Part shown: positions 27,609 to 36,081 of the stretch, in pieces
How the letters are laid out: every line of letters begins with the position of its first letter
How positions within the stretch are numbered: the first letter of the stretch is position 1
From: a virus
Taxonomy: Duplodnaviria > Caudoviricetes
IMG/VR virus record: IMGVR_UViG_3300049484_000288
Location: 1 to 45,138 of that record
Length of the DNA stretch: 45,138 nucleotides
Reading direction: 5' to 3' (one strand)
Notes under the pieces: generated by a model
Database searches by the model: none
Told to the model about the DNA's origin: nothing
Seen by the model: the letters and a program-made list of their open reading frames with translations, nothing else
Program-made: the position numbers and the translations under genes

Positions 27609-27959
27609 TTACACCACAGCGACCAGCCCTTCGTCGAGCATACGCTTGCGGTAGAACGCGATGATCTTGGCAGCAGACTGTCTCGTCGTGAAACCTTCGT
27701 ACTGCTCCAGCAGCTCGCACCACATGCTCATCGGCACGGGCTCGTCGTCACGGCCGGCAGACTCGAGCGCCAGCACGCATTGCTTCATCTGCAACGGCGT
27801 CTTCGCAGCGAATTCAGTCTTCAGCACCTGATAGTTCTTCTCAGAAGCCTTTGTCTTCTTCGCCGTCACTGCTTTGACTAGCGCCTGCAGTTGCTCTTCG
27901 GATGCCTCCATGCCGATGGTTTGAGCCAACGCTTTCAGTTCGACGATGTTCGTGTTCAT
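27609..27959 (-). CDS. First early gene, paralog C of the three-member family
   Basis: TPLQ..TTRQSAAKIIAFYRKRMLDEGLV; downstream of the promoter at 28012-28040. Confidence 0.65.
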   Translation of the reverse strand: MNTNIVELKALAQTIGMEASEEQLQALVKAVTAKKTKASEKNYQVLKTEFAAKTPLQMKQCVLALESAGRDDEPVPMSMWCELLEQYEGFTTRQSAAKIIAFYRKRMLDEGLVAVV

Positions 27960-28011
27960 GGTAACTCACTTTCTTGAGTAAGACCACGCGTGATTGCATG
28001 ATCGTGAGAAT

Positions 28012-28040
28012 ATTCTAAACTAACCGTTCTCAAATGTACA
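28012..28040 (-). promoter_or_regulatory. Sigma70-type early promoter
   Basis: Minus strand TGTACA-17 nt-TAGAAT with an AT-rich upstream (UP-like) tract. Confidence 0.6.
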
Positions 28041-28086
28041 CAACTATTTAACTATTTTTATACAAGTATGCAACAGATCATCTGTT

Positions 28087-28118
28087 ACGATGTGGCATGA
28101 GGTTCCACGATGTGGCAT
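28087..28118. repeat. 12-bp direct repeat ACGATGTGGCAT x2 (20-bp period) in the divergent intergenic region
   Basis: Copies at 28087-28098 and 28107-28118; degenerate third copy near 28123. Confidence 0.8.
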
Positions 28119-28460
28119 AGAACAACGTGGCTCAACGATCAAGAGTACTATCTCCTGTTAATAAGGACCTAGATCCTAGTTCCACCAACCTGACCTATCC
28201 TACCATGGTTCGCGATCCGGGTACACCGATCCGTGCATATCCATTCACTTTCTGGCCCCCTGTGTCCTCGATCCTCGCTGCCTGGGCCCAGGGTGGCCCC
28301 TTTATAGAGACCCCAAGATCGCGCGAGGTAACGCGTCTCCGGAGGTAGCCTAGGGGTTCCCCGAATCAAGGTCCTCGAATCACGTTACACTATCCCCGCA
28401 CGAGCTGAGATAGCGCTCCGAGTCGGGGAAGGGCCGGCGCCACAACTAGAGAGGGATTTC

Positions 28461-29105
28461 ATGTCCACTCGACGCAATGCAGTAGTGTTCGGGGCGTACA
28501 GCGAGGTAATCAACGATGACCTCAAGGAGCAGCTGAAAGACCTTGGTTGCGATCCTATCGCTATTCTGGCGGAGATGGCGCTAGATGAGATGGCCAAACC
28601 AGAGCTTAGGTTAGCGGCAGCGAGGGAATTGGCTCAGTATGTGCGGCCAAAGCTGAAGGCCGTCGACATCAAGGTTGAGCAGAAGATCAACCGAGGCGTT
28701 GCGATCATCCGGTACAGTGAGGTCGATCCGGAGGCGGCAGCTATTGCCAGAGAAGCGGCGAAGCTACAGAACACTGGTACGGATGGCAAGGTGCCCGTTA
28801 CCCCAGAGGAGGTGGCCAAGGCAACCTTTGACATGCAGCGGGAAACGGAGATGATCAGTGGGGTGATGGTGGAGCATCTGCGGAAAGAGGCGGAGAAGCC
28901 GCGGGAGCGCTTTGTCAACGTGGGCGAGGTGATCACGGAGATTCTGGATGAGGAAGAGCCGGAAGGCGTAGTGCCGCCGTACGTCGATAGTCACGGGAGA
29001 ATGGATAGAAATGGAAAGCCCCAAGGCAGGACCTTTGACAACGCCGAAGTACAAGAAGACGACGGGAGATGGTCGGCTACTCGTCCCTATCGATTGGGCT
29101 CCTAG
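28461..29105 (+). CDS. terS: Probable terminase small subunit
   Basis: DPIAILAEMA..ELRLAAARELAQYVRPKLKAV motif; immediately upstream of terL. Confidence 0.6.
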   Translation: MSTRRNAVVFGAYSEVINDDLKEQLKDLGCDPIAILAEMALDEMAKPELRLAAARELAQYVRPKLKAVDIKVEQKINRGVAIIRYSEVDPEAAAIAREAAKLQNTGTDGKVPVTPEEVAKATFDMQRETEMISGVMVEHLRKEAEKPRERFVNVGEVITEILDEEEPEGVVPPYVDSHGRMDRNGKPQGRTFDNAEVQEDDGRWSATRPYRLGS

Positions 29106-30366
29106 GCCGTACCAGCGACCATTATGGCAATACCTGGAGAACGGCGGCAAGCGCGCGGTCGCGGTCTGGCACCGGCGGGCGGGAAAAGATACGGTGGCTT
29201 TGAATTGGACGGTAGTTGCCGCCTTACAGCGGCCTGGGATCTACTGGCACCTGTTGCCGACGTACAACCAAGGGCGAAAGATTGTCTGGGATGGCCGGTC
29301 GAAAGAGGGTCGCCCCATGCTATCTTACTGGCCAGAGGATATGATCGTCGGCGTTAACAACACCGAGATGAAACTGGAGCTAAGCAATGGCTCGATTTGG
29401 CAGGTTGTGGGAACGGACAACGTGGACCGCCTGGTGGGAGCGAATCCTGTTGGCTGTGTATTTAGCGAGTACTCGCTACAAGACCCCCGGGCGTGGGATT
29501 ACGTAAGACCTATCCTTGCGGAGAATGACGGGTGGGCAATGTTCATATATACACCCAGGGGTAGAAATCACGGGTATGCGTTGCACAAGATGGCGCAGAA
29601 GAACCCGACGTGGTTCTCGCAGGTCTTGACAAGGGATGACACGAACGCGATTCCAGCTTCGGCCATCCAGGAGGAACTGGACGCAGGGATGCCGGTGGAG
29701 ATGGTCGAGCAGGAGTTCTTCTGCTCGTTCAACGCCAGCCTTGTTGGGGCCTACTACGCGCAGCAGATTGCGACAGCGTACACGGAGCTGAGAGTTGGTA
29801 AGGTACCGTGGGAGCCGAGGTTGCCAGTGAACACGGCCTGGGACTTGGGGATGGGCGATGCCACAGCCATCTGGTTTCACCAAGGTTACGGCAACGAGAA
29901 TCGGATCATCGACTACTACGAGTCGAGTGGGATGCCGCTGTCGCACTATGCGAAGATCCTGAAGGAGAAGCCGTACGCCTACGGGAAACACCACGGGCCG
30001 CATGATATACGCGTGCGCGAGATGGGGACTGGCAAGAGCCGGTTCGAGGTTGCCCGATCCCTGGGGATTCGGTTCAACATTGTCAAGAACCTGCCGGTGG
30101 ACGACGGGATTGACGCGGTCAGGAACTTCCTGATGTCATGTTGGATTGACGAGGTAAAGTGTGAGCGCGGTCTAGAAGGCCTTAAGCAGTACCGGAAGGA
30201 CTTCGACGACGTCAAGAAGGTGTACCGCGACAAGCCGGTGCACGATTGGTCGTCCCATCCGGCCGATGCGTTTAGGTACCTGGCGGTTGGTGAGCGGCAC
30301 CCGGTGGATCAGTTGCGGAAACTGCCACGCGAAGCGGACAGCGAGTACAACGTACTAACTTACTAG
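29011..30366 (+). CDS. terL: Terminase large subunit
   Basis: WHRRAGKD Walker A, CVFSEY Walker B, YTPRG, AWDLG..DATAIW, HDWSSHPADAFRY nuclease motifs. Confidence 0.93.
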   Translation: MESPKAGPLTTPKYKKTTGDGRLLVPIDWAPRPYQRPLWQYLENGGKRAVAVWHRRAGKDTVALNWTVVAALQRPGIYWHLLPTYNQGRKIVWDGRSKEGRPMLSYWPEDMIVGVNNTEMKLELSNGSIWQVVGTDNVDRLVGANPVGCVFSEYSLQDPRAWDYVRPILAENDGWAMFIYTPRGRNHGYALHKMAQKNPTWFSQVLTRDDTNAIPASAIQEELDAGMPVEMVEQEFFCSFNASLVGAYYAQQIATAYTELRVGKVPWEPRLPVNTAWDLGMGDATAIWFHQGYGNENRIIDYYESSGMPLSHYAKILKEKPYAYGKHHGPHDIRVREMGTGKSRFEVARSLGIRFNIVKNLPVDDGIDAVRNFLMSCWIDEVKCERGLEGLKQYRKDFDDVKKVYRDKPVHDWSSHPADAFRYLAVGERHPVDQLRKLPREADSEYNVLTY

Positions 30367-30374
30367 GAGCCTCC

Positions 30375-30647
30375 ATGAGTTGGCTTAACCTCAAGAACCC
30401 ATTCAAGTTCGCTGCCGGCATCGTCAAGGGCGACTGGAACATGACGAAACCGGCGGCCCCTGAGGCGGCACCGGCTGCACCCATGGCAGCGCCTACCTCG
30501 GGCGATCCGGCGGTGGCTGCGGCGGCTGAAGCAGAGCGGATGCGCCTGGCAAAGGCTAAGGGCCGGCAGAGTACGATCTTGTCGGGGCTCGGGACTAGCA
30601 GTTCGGGTGGCCAGAACGTTCAGATCAAGACCCTCTTGGGAGGCTAA
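30375..30647 (+). CDS. Small virion protein upstream of portal
   Basis: AGGAG RBS; Ala/Pro-rich, GRQSTIL..KTLLG C-terminus typical of pre-portal genes. Confidence 0.6.
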   Translation: MSWLNLKNPFKFAAGIVKGDWNMTKPAAPEAAPAAPMAAPTSGDPAVAAAAEAERMRLAKAKGRQSTILSGLGTSSSGGQNVQIKTLLGG

Positions 30648-32300
30648 GTGGACGATACTGATCTGGCAGGTAGGATCATTGCCCGCTGCGATAAGCTAAA
30701 ATCGGATCGCGGTTCGTGGAACCAGATCTGGCAGGAGTGTAGCGACTACATTCTGCCACGGCGGTCGCTATTTACCCGTCAGGTCAGCACTCCGACCAAC
30801 CAGGTACAGGTCAACATCTACGACGGCACGGCCGTTTGGGCCAACGAACAGCTCGCGAGTGGCCTTCACTCGTATCTGACGTCCCCAAATGAGCGTTTCT
30901 TCAGGCTTCAGTTCAAGTCGCCTGAGATGAAGGACGACGAAGAGGCCAATCTCTGGCTCGAAGAGTGCACGACGATCATGTACGACGTCCTGAACTCGCC
31001 AAAGACGAACTTTTCGCCTCAAATCCATGAGCTTTACCTGGACTTGGGAGCCTTTGGTACGGCAATCATGATGATCGAGGAGGCCGACGACCCTCGCGGG
31101 CCCCCCGTTCGGTTCTGCACGTACCATCTTGGCCGCACGTATATCGACGAGAACTACTACGGTCAGGTCGACACCGTCTACCGGGACATGACGCTCAATC
31201 CGCGGGTCGCCCAACAGTTCTTTGGGGACCATCCGGACATTATCCAGGCTCTGGCGTCCAAAGCCAACACGGATCTTGAGTTCGTCCATGCCATCTTCCC
31301 CCGGAAAGAGATGGACAGTGCTCCGGGCATCAAGTTGCCTGAGCGGATGCCCTACGGTTCGGTCTACATCCACCGTAAGACCAAGGCGATCATGCGGCAG
31401 TCGGGCTATTATGAGTTCCCGGTGGTCGCTCCGCGCTGGTCGAAGATTACTGGCGAGATCAATGGTCGCGGGCCTGGGGTAACGTGCCTCCCGGACATCA
31501 AGATGGTCAACGAGATGGCGAAAACGTTGATCAAAGCCTCCCAGAAGGCTGTGGATCCGCCTCTCATGCTGCCGGATGAAGGGTTCCTGCTGCCGATCAA
31601 GACTATGCCTGGCGGCCTGAACTTCTACAACGCCGGAATGGATGAGCATGACCGGATCCAGCCGCTCCAGACGAACGCAAACATCCCGATCGGTCTCGAG
31701 ATCATGGATTCGCGTCGCGAGCATATCATGCGCACGTTCTTCCTCGATGCCATGCAGCTTCATGAGGGCCCGGAGATGACGGCCACGGAAGTGATGCAGC
31801 GGACCGAGGATCGCATGCGAATGATGGCTCCGGCCGTGTCTCGGCTGCAGTCGGAACTGCTCGACCCCACAATCGAACGCGTTTTCGCCATCCTGGCGCG
31901 GCGAGGGTTCTTTCCGCCCATTCCGGCCCACATTCAAGGCCTTGACCTGAAGATCGAGTACGTGTCCCCGGTGGCCAAGGCCCAGAAGCGTGGACAAGCC
32001 TACGGCTTCACTCGGATGCTGGAGTTGCTGATGCCGATCGGGCAGATGAAGCCCGAGATGTACGACAACTTCGACCCCGACGGGACGGTTCACTTCATGG
32101 CCGACCTGTTCGATGCACCGAGTCAGATGGTCTTGCCGCAGAGCAAGGTGGACGAGATTCGAGCGGCGCGCAATCAAGCGGCCAAGGAAGCTAATGATGC
32201 CCAACAGCAAAATCTTGAAGCTGACACCAGCGTCAAAGAAACCAAAGCCGCCCAACAAGCTACAAGCCTTACTGGCGGGGGTCTCAAGAGTGTCAAGTAA
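30648..32300 (+). CDS. Portal (head-to-tail connector)
   Basis: DLGAFGTA, PRW..GE.NGRGP, DPPL, MTATEV..R, IEYVSP.AKAQ. Confidence 0.92.
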   Translation: MDDTDLAGRIIARCDKLKSDRGSWNQIWQECSDYILPRRSLFTRQVSTPTNQVQVNIYDGTAVWANEQLASGLHSYLTSPNERFFRLQFKSPEMKDDEEANLWLEECTTIMYDVLNSPKTNFSPQIHELYLDLGAFGTAIMMIEEADDPRGPPVRFCTYHLGRTYIDENYYGQVDTVYRDMTLNPRVAQQFFGDHPDIIQALASKANTDLEFVHAIFPRKEMDSAPGIKLPERMPYGSVYIHRKTKAIMRQSGYYEFPVVAPRWSKITGEINGRGPGVTCLPDIKMVNEMAKTLIKASQKAVDPPLMLPDEGFLLPIKTMPGGLNFYNAGMDEHDRIQPLQTNANIPIGLEIMDSRREHIMRTFFLDAMQLHEGPEMTATEVMQRTEDRMRMMAPAVSRLQSELLDPTIERVFAILARRGFFPPIPAHIQGLDLKIEYVSPVAKAQKRGQAYGFTRMLELLMPIGQMKPEMYDNFDPDGTVHFMADLFDAPSQMVLPQSKVDEIRAARNQAAKEANDAQQQNLEADTSVKETKAAQQATSLTGGGLKSVK

Positions 32301-32589
32301 GCTGCTGGCCAGGCTACACCGATCGCGTGACCTTCGTCGTGCGTACCGGTTGACCTTCAGCACTCCTCAAGGGCAGGACGTGCTGCGGCACATCGTCAAG
32401 ACCGCCTTTGTTCACTCGTCCACCTTCGTCCAAGGGGATCCTCAACAAACCATGCTTAATGAGGGCACTCGTCGGCTTGCCCTCAGTATCTTCAAGATGG
32501 CAAATGTCGACGACACGCTGGTCAATCAACTGATAGAGGAAAATTATCGTGAATCCGTGGAACAACAGTTGGCCGCTTCAGAGTCCTGA
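32290..32589 (+). CDS. Bbp19-like small head-associated protein (probable GTG start 32290)
   Basis: YRLTFSTPQGQDVL..STF..GDP..NEG.R..L.I; between portal and scaffold. Confidence 0.7.
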   Translation: MSSKLLARLHRSRDLRRAYRLTFSTPQGQDVLRHIVKTAFVHSSTFVQGDPQQTMLNEGTRRLALSIFKMANVDDTLVNQLIEENYRESVEQQLAASES

Positions 32590-33415
32590 GGGCGGCGACG
32601 CGGGTAATTCCGGAGGTGGTGGTACGGCAATGGGTGGCGGCGGTGGCGGTGGAGATTTTGCTTCAATGATCCCCGCCGAGTTCAAGGATCACCCCAGCCT
32701 GCAGTCGATCAAGGACATGAACGGGCTGGTGAAGAGCTACGTCCATGCCCAGTCGCTCGTCGGTGCCGAGAAGATCGTCATCCCCAAAAAGGATGCTGGC
32801 CCAGACGAATGGACGAAGGTCTACGAGAAGCTAGGCCGGCCTTCCACTCCTGAAGGCTACCAGCTGGAAGAAGCTCAGCTGCCGGAAGGTGTCGAGCGTG
32901 ACGCCGACCGCGAAAAGCAACTTCGAGAGCTGCTCTTCAAGTCTGGCCTCACCAATGCCCAGGCCAACACCATCTGGAAGCAGCTGCAGGCGGAAGCCGT
33001 GTCAGCCTTTGATTCTGAGAGGGTTTCTCGGCAAGAGGCTGCCAAAAAGGCTGTCGAAGTGCTTCGGGGTGAGTGGAAAGATCAGTTCGATACGAACATG
33101 TCCAAGGCGAAGAACGCGGCCAAGATCTTTGGCGGCCAAGAGCTTTTGGACGTGCTTGATTCCTCTGGGCTCGGGAATGATCCGCGTGTAATCAAGGCAT
33201 TCACTGCTATTGGCAAATTGGTCTCCGAAGACCAAAGTGTCTACGCGCGGGCTACGGCGCATGGTTTTCAACCTGGCCCTGAACAGGCTAAGATTGACAT
33301 TGCCAACCTCCAGACGAACAAGGAGTTCATGGATGCGTACATGACGCCCACGAACCCAGGGCACGCGGCAGCCAAAGAACGGATGAATCGGCTGTATCAA
33401 ACGGCGTTTCCTTAA
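32549..33415 (+). CDS. Capsid assembly scaffolding protein
   Basis: LVKSYVHAQ..G, YEKLGRP, GLTNAQA, LRGEW, GLGNDP; helical; upstream of the major capsid gene. Confidence 0.8.
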   Translation: MNPWNNSWPLQSPEGGDAGNSGGGGTAMGGGGGGGDFASMIPAEFKDHPSLQSIKDMNGLVKSYVHAQSLVGAEKIVIPKKDAGPDEWTKVYEKLGRPSTPEGYQLEEAQLPEGVERDADREKQLRELLFKSGLTNAQANTIWKQLQAEAVSAFDSERVSRQEAAKKAVEVLRGEWKDQFDTNMSKAKNAAKIFGGQELLDVLDSSGLGNDPRVIKAFTAIGKLVSEDQSVYARATAHGFQPGPEQAKIDIANLQTNKEFMDAYMTPTNPGHAAAKERMNRLYQTAFP

Positions 33416-33574
33416 CTTTCCGAAATCCTGCACGAGTAGGTGGCTAATATCTACTCGTGCGGTGAGCCTCATGGTCCACACAACGAAAGCAGGGTCTGCT
33501 TGAAGGCCAAGGAAAGGTTCCGGTAACGGGTAAATCTTCCGAAACAAAGTTCCCCAACTTTCTTCGGAGGTAGC
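33416..33574 (+). promoter_or_regulatory. Structured 5' leader of the major capsid gene (multi-hairpin)
   Basis: GCACGAGTAG/CTACTCGTGC 10-bp stem (33430-33460), AAGCAG/CTGCTT, CCG-GTAA-CGG; GGAGGT RBS. Confidence 0.55.
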
Positions 33575-34462
33575 ATGTCAGTCAACATTCCAACCCATTT
33601 TGTGCAGCAATACAGCCAGAACATTCAGCTGTTGCTGCAGCAGAAGGGTTCCAAGCTTCGTGGCGCTGTGATGACCGGTACCCATACCGGCAAGCAGGCC
33701 TCCCCGGTCGACCAATTCGGTGCCATCGAAATGCAGCCGGTCACCAGCCGGTTCGCGCCGATGAGCCGCGTGGATGCACCAACCGATCGCCGGTGGGTCT
33801 TCCCCTCGGACTTCGATCTGCCGCAACTCATCGACTCGTTCGACAAACTGCGCCTGATCACCGATCCTTCTTCGTCCTATGTGATGAACGCCACCATGGC
33901 GGCTGGTCGACAGTTCGACAAGCTGATCTGTGACGCGTTCGCTGCAACGGCCAAGACGGGTGAAGCCGGTGGCACGAGCACCACGGTGCTGGCGGCCAAC
34001 GAGGTCGACGTCGCTGTGGGTGGTACCAACTCGCGTCTGAACGTGGCGAAGATCAAGGCCGTCAAGGAAATCATGATGGCCAACTTCATCGACTTCGACA
34101 CCGAAGAGGCCTACATCGGTATCACTGCCGCCGACCACGCCGCCCTCCTGAACGAGATCCAGGTGATCTCTTCGGACTTCAACGATCGCCCTGTCCTGGT
34201 CAATGGCAAGGTGACGTCCTTCCTGGGCTTCAACTTCATTCACTGCGAGCAGATCGAAACCCGACTTGCTGGCACGAACGAGGTGACGTTGCCTGTGTGG
34301 GTCAAGTCCGGGATGTACCTGGGCCTGTGGAACGATATGAGCCACAGCATCTCTCAACGGAATGATCTGCAGAGTGAGCCTTGGCAGGTCTATACCATCA
34401 TGACCGCTGGCGCGACCCGTCTTGAAGAGAAGAAGGTCTACGCCATCGAGTCCTACCGCTAA
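33575..34462 (+). CDS. Major capsid protein
   Basis: FVQQYSQNIQLLLQQKGSKLR, DKLRLITDP.S.Y..A..A.GR..D, LVNG.V..FLGF.F, GATRLEE. Confidence 0.9.
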   Translation: MSVNIPTHFVQQYSQNIQLLLQQKGSKLRGAVMTGTHTGKQASPVDQFGAIEMQPVTSRFAPMSRVDAPTDRRWVFPSDFDLPQLIDSFDKLRLITDPSSSYVMNATMAAGRQFDKLICDAFAATAKTGEAGGTSTTVLAANEVDVAVGGTNSRLNVAKIKAVKEIMMANFIDFDTEEAYIGITAADHAALLNEIQVISSDFNDRPVLVNGKVTSFLGFNFIHCEQIETRLAGTNEVTLPVWVKSGMYLGLWNDMSHSISQRNDLQSEPWQVYTIMTAGATRLEEKKVYAIESYR

Positions 34463-34473
34463 GGAGATCTAGC

Positions 34474-34989
34474 ATGGCAATCGATCTGACTCTCAAATCC
34501 GTCCAGATTACCAACCGTGAAGCTACGCCTCGGGTCTTCAACAACCCGGGCGCGGGCGCACCTGGTATCCTCCGGACGGTCCAAGGCTACCTGGCCTCGG
34601 TCACGGCGGCACTTTCCGCGACGTCTGTCATCCGCATGTGCGAGATCGATGCGTACGCGATCGTGGATCGTGTGACGTTCGCCTCGGCAGCGCAGGCTGG
34701 TGGCACCTTCGACATCGGTGTGTATCGCACCAATGCTGACGGTGGGGCGGTGGTGGACCAAGACTTCTTCGCAACGGCAGTCGCAGTCACCTCGGCGGTG
34801 GCTCTGACGGACGTGACGAACGAGTCGACGACCAACACCATCCTGAAGCAGACGCAACCCCTGTGGCAAGCTCTTGGGGTAGCAACTGCTCCGGCTCCTG
34901 GTACCAAGTACGATATCTGTCTGACAGTTGCGACGGACATCACGACTGGTACCGGTGCGGTCGGCCTGAAGGCCCACTACACCCTGTAA
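34474..34989 (+). CDS. Probable capsid decoration/cement protein
   Basis: Beta-rich, Thr/Ala-rich, directly after the major capsid gene with AAGGAG RBS and followed by a hairpin. Confidence 0.55.
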   Translation: MAIDLTLKSVQITNREATPRVFNNPGAGAPGILRTVQGYLASVTAALSATSVIRMCEIDAYAIVDRVTFASAAQAGGTFDIGVYRTNADGGAVVDQDFFATAVAVTSAVALTDVTNESTTNTILKQTQPLWQALGVATAPAPGTKYDICLTVATDITTGTGAVGLKAHYTL

Positions 34990-34995
34990 AGGTAC

Positions 34996-35024
34996 GGGGG
35001 GCGGGCAACCGCTCCCCCCCTTCT
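34996..35024 (+). terminator. GC-rich hairpin with GCAA tetraloop (terminator-like)
   Basis: GGGGGGCGG-GCAA-CCGCTCCCC followed by CCCTTCT; weak U-tract. Confidence 0.55.
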
Positions 35025-35035
35025 AGGAGAACCGC

Positions 35036-35230
35036 ATGGCAGACCGTTTCTACTCCGTTTCGCTCGGCGAGCAGATGGAGCACCAGGTTACAGAAGGTGC
35101 TTCTACCTCGGCCGAAGCTATCGAACTTCGCGTTAACGACACCGTTTACGCCACCAAGCTGCAGGTCCTACTTGCTTTGGAAGCCATCGAGAATTACTTG
35201 GCTACCAAGGAAACCAGCCCGATCGCTTGA
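35036..35230 (+). CDS. Small virion-associated protein
   Basis: AGGAG RBS; late operon. Confidence 0.6.
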   Translation: MADRFYSVSLGEQMEHQVTEGASTSAEAIELRVNDTVYATKLQVLLALEAIENYLATKETSPIA

Positions 35231-35238
35231 GGTGAGCC

Positions 35239-35601
35239 ATGGCTGACGCCATTCGTGCAGTTGCTCGCGCCGCTATTCAGTCCAACGTCCCTGCGTGTAC
35301 GTTCACGTGGACAGGCCTTGACCTGGACGACTCAGGCGTTCCTGTGCAGTGCTTGGACTTTATCGAGCGCTGTGTCACCGTTCACGGTACTTTTGGGGCT
35401 GGTGGCTCGATCACCATCCAAGGGTCCAACGACGGTACCAACTGGTTCGCGCTCACAGATCCTCAAGGCAACGCCCTCACCAAGACGGCTGCCGCGATCG
35501 AGCAAGTTCTTGAGAGCCCTTTGTACATCAGGCCACTCGTGACGGCTGGCGACGGTACAACCAGCTTGACTGTGATCCTGCTTTGCCGGAGGTCTGACTG
35601 A
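35239..35601 (+). CDS. Small beta-sandwich virion protein
   Basis: GTFGAGGSITIQGSNDGTNW..YIRP motif. Confidence 0.6.
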   Translation: MADAIRAVARAAIQSNVPACTFTWTGLDLDDSGVPVQCLDFIERCVTVHGTFGAGGSITIQGSNDGTNWFALTDPQGNALTKTAAAIEQVLESPLYIRPLVTAGDGTTSLTVILLCRRSD

Positions 35602-36071
35602 TGGAAAATCTGGGCTACACGCAGGCCGCTGAGGAAGTTCGTAAGATTCTTCGCGGCTTCAAGGCAGTGGAAGAAGTGTCGGCCGCTCTCGACAAGATGG
35701 GCTCGCTGGAAACGGCGACCAAGGAGCAAGAGGCTGCACACAAGAAGATCACCGAGGTCATCGCTGCGGCTAAGGCTGAACACGATCGCAATCTTGCGGC
35801 CTTCGCTGCGCAACAAAAAGCGGCTAAGGCTAAGTTGGACAAAGCCCACCTCGACGCGAACAACGTCATCGGGATGGCTAAGGCAGAGGCCGCTCAGATC
35901 ATTAAGACCGGTCAAGAAGATCTTGAGAAGGTCTTGACGCTGATCACTGAGGCTAAGCACGACCTCGTCACCGTGACTGACCAGGTGGCGTTGAAGGAAG
36001 TCGAAGTCAAGGCTCTGGAAGCCAAACTCACCAAGATAAGGGCTCAGCTTTCCAAGTTGATGGAGACCTGA
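35601..36071 (+). CDS. Coiled-coil Ala/Lys/Glu-rich protein
   Basis: Heptad-like composition; TGATG coupling. Confidence 0.6.
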   Translation: MENLGYTQAAEEVRKILRGFKAVEEVSAALDKMGSLETATKEQEAAHKKITEVIAAAKAEHDRNLAAFAAQQKAAKAKLDKAHLDANNVIGMAKAEAAQIIKTGQEDLEKVLTLITEAKHDLVTVTDQVALKEVEVKALEAKLTKIRAQLSKLMET

Positions 36072-36081
36072 GCAGTCGCTC

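Noticed and set aside
28087-28135. Mini CRISPR array
   Set aside because: Repeats are only 12 bp with an 8-bp spacer; no cas genes
27960-28460. tRNA genes or short ORFs (28127-28348, 28169-28369)
   Set aside because: No cloverleaf or T-loop consensus seen; the ORFs lack an RBS and protein-like composition
30768-32363. 531-aa antisense ORF
   Set aside because: Shadow of the portal gene caused by codon bias; no RBS or protein-like motifs
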